DNA of 63,514 nucleotides, filler included, from Octopus bimaculoides (lineage: Eukaryota): assembly GCF_001194135.2 (NCBI RefSeq). It is 6 parts of 6 records of this genome, joined end to end, with 100 filler letters (N's around TTAATTAATTAA, not from the genome) between each part and the next. Parts side by side here need not be neighbours in the genome. Positions count along the whole stretch, not along the records: positions 62,296 to 63,514 come from NW_026437493.1; 5 more parts are not named here. One strand, 5' to 3'. Under the pieces are notes generated by a model. That model saw only the letters and a list, made by a program, of their open reading frames with translations, was not told the DNA's origin and searched no databases. A program made the translations under genes and the position numbers. This document shows, piece after piece, positions 62,326 through 63,514 of the stretch (positions within the stretch are counted from its first letter, which is position 1; each line of letters begins with the position of its first letter).

Positions 62326-63514
62326 TTAACTAAACTTATTATATAAATAATGTAATTTCTGTCTACATTTAATTTTACGTTCATCAAGAGAATTAATTAA
62401 AGAATTATTATTATTTAATATCTCCTTAAATTCATTAGTACACAACTTACAAAAATGATTACCTACACGATAGGATTTCGCCTTATAAACTATCTCCCAA
62501 TGTAAAATGTACTTAATATCTTTAGATTTAATTTCCCAAATATATTTACTAAGGCCAGTAGAATTAATCAAATTTCTATTCTTAAAGGAATGTATGTGTT
62601 GAGCCACCCGTAATTTAATTTTATTAGAAGTCGATCCTATATAAAATTCATTTAAATTATAACCATCAAATTTATTCCCGTCCATTAAAGTCACTATACA
62701 TTCATACACGACATCCTTCAAATTACATTTATTATTAAATTTACATTTAGTCTTATCTCTACATGTACAATTAATTATATCCTGGCCCTCATTACTATTA
62801 TTATTATTAGAAAAAGTATTTAATTTATATTTGTAATACTTATTTAAGTTAAATCTATTAAAAGAAGAGATAATGTTACCAACATTATCAGTAGTAGAAT
62901 AACCTACACCCAAATTATTACTAGAAAAGATATTATAATATTTTTTATTATCTCTAAGGAATATATCAATTGCGTTTAAAATTCCTTTAATAATGTTAGT
63001 TTTAACTTAAACTTCGTATGGAATCATTAGCCAAAGTGTGTTCTTATTATAGATATTATTATATTTATTATTTATATTATTAAATTTATTATTATTATTA
63101 AAAGAATTAAATTTAAATATATTATTGTGTCCATTACAATTATGTTTATGTTTATGTAATTTATTATCATAATACCTATTATTCTTACCATAATTACCTA
63201 AATAGACCTTATCATAATTATAAAGGTTATGTTTATTAAATGGATCATTAATATTATAATCATTACTATTAAAATTATAATTACACTTCGATTATTAAAA
63301 AATTGAATATCATTAGTATATCCCGCCTCGCCTCACAATGGGCTTTATTGTAATAAGGCGCATGTTTTTCGAAAATCTCTAAATTGGATGAAAGTAATGA
63401 TATTCTCTTACTTATAGTAAATGTTAGCGATTTCTTAATTGAGTGTGGGTGATTACTTTTCTCTTGAATATATTTAATATTTTCATTAATCTTATGGTAA
63501 GGTTGGGTATTACC
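62326..63514 (-). mobile_element. Penelope-like retroelement relic 2 (RT thumb + GIY-YIG), running off the window end
   Basis: ORF 62913-62326 has CTCRDKTKCKFNNKCNLKDVVYEC...FYIGSTSNKIKLRVAQH...STGLSKYIWEIK...WEIV..AKSY....HFCKLC (GIY-YIG). Upstream, QPYHKINENIKYIQEKSNHPHSIKKSL...KRISLLSSNLEIFE is a PLE RT C-terminus with stops and frameshifts. Confidence 0.88.

Noticed and set aside
1-63514. tRNA genes, rRNA, CRISPR arrays or prokaryotic defence systems
   Set aside because: A/B boxes belong to SINE heads without full cloverleafs; there are no regular repeat-spacer arrays; the sequence is eukaryotic.

Overview
Eukaryotic, AT-rich, repeat-dense draft-assembly scaffold with many N gaps, most of them flanked by (TA)n/(CA)n tracts. 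The tRNA-headed SINE families, the RTE/Penelope/Helitron/Merlin relics and the microsatellite load suggest a cephalopod, probably Octopus; this is inference from recalled repeat sequences, not a search. The one confidently identifiable host gene is a minus-strand, secreted copper-dependent lytic polysaccharide monooxygenase of the animal AA15 (LPMO_10/chitin-binding type-4) family. Coding exon 1 is 35241-35065 (signal peptide, then H-G-R-L-M-D-P-P-A-R) and coding exon 2 is 30010-29632 (GKCGVCGD, LTANHLGWFEFRIC, CVFQWKY), joined by a canonical phase-0 GT-AG intron. I could not find the third exon, which should carry the axial copper residue; it probably lies in an N gap. The rest is mostly decayed mobile DNA: two different Penelope-like elements, several RTE fragments, a CR1/L2-group fragment, an R2-group RT fragment, a Rep-deleted Helitron, a Merlin (IS1595-like) transposase, a Tc1/mariner tail and about 30 SINE copies. 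The most interesting extras are minimal hammerhead-ribozyme-like motifs with a covarying stem II, a decayed tandem copy of the start of LPMO exon 2, an orphan exon-like segment at 5809-5706, and a ~245-bp direct repeat 9.4 kb apart upstream of the LPMO. Most entries in the ORF track are microsatellite or N-gap artefacts. Boundaries of repeat fragments are approximate. I found no convincing wholly new multi-gene system.
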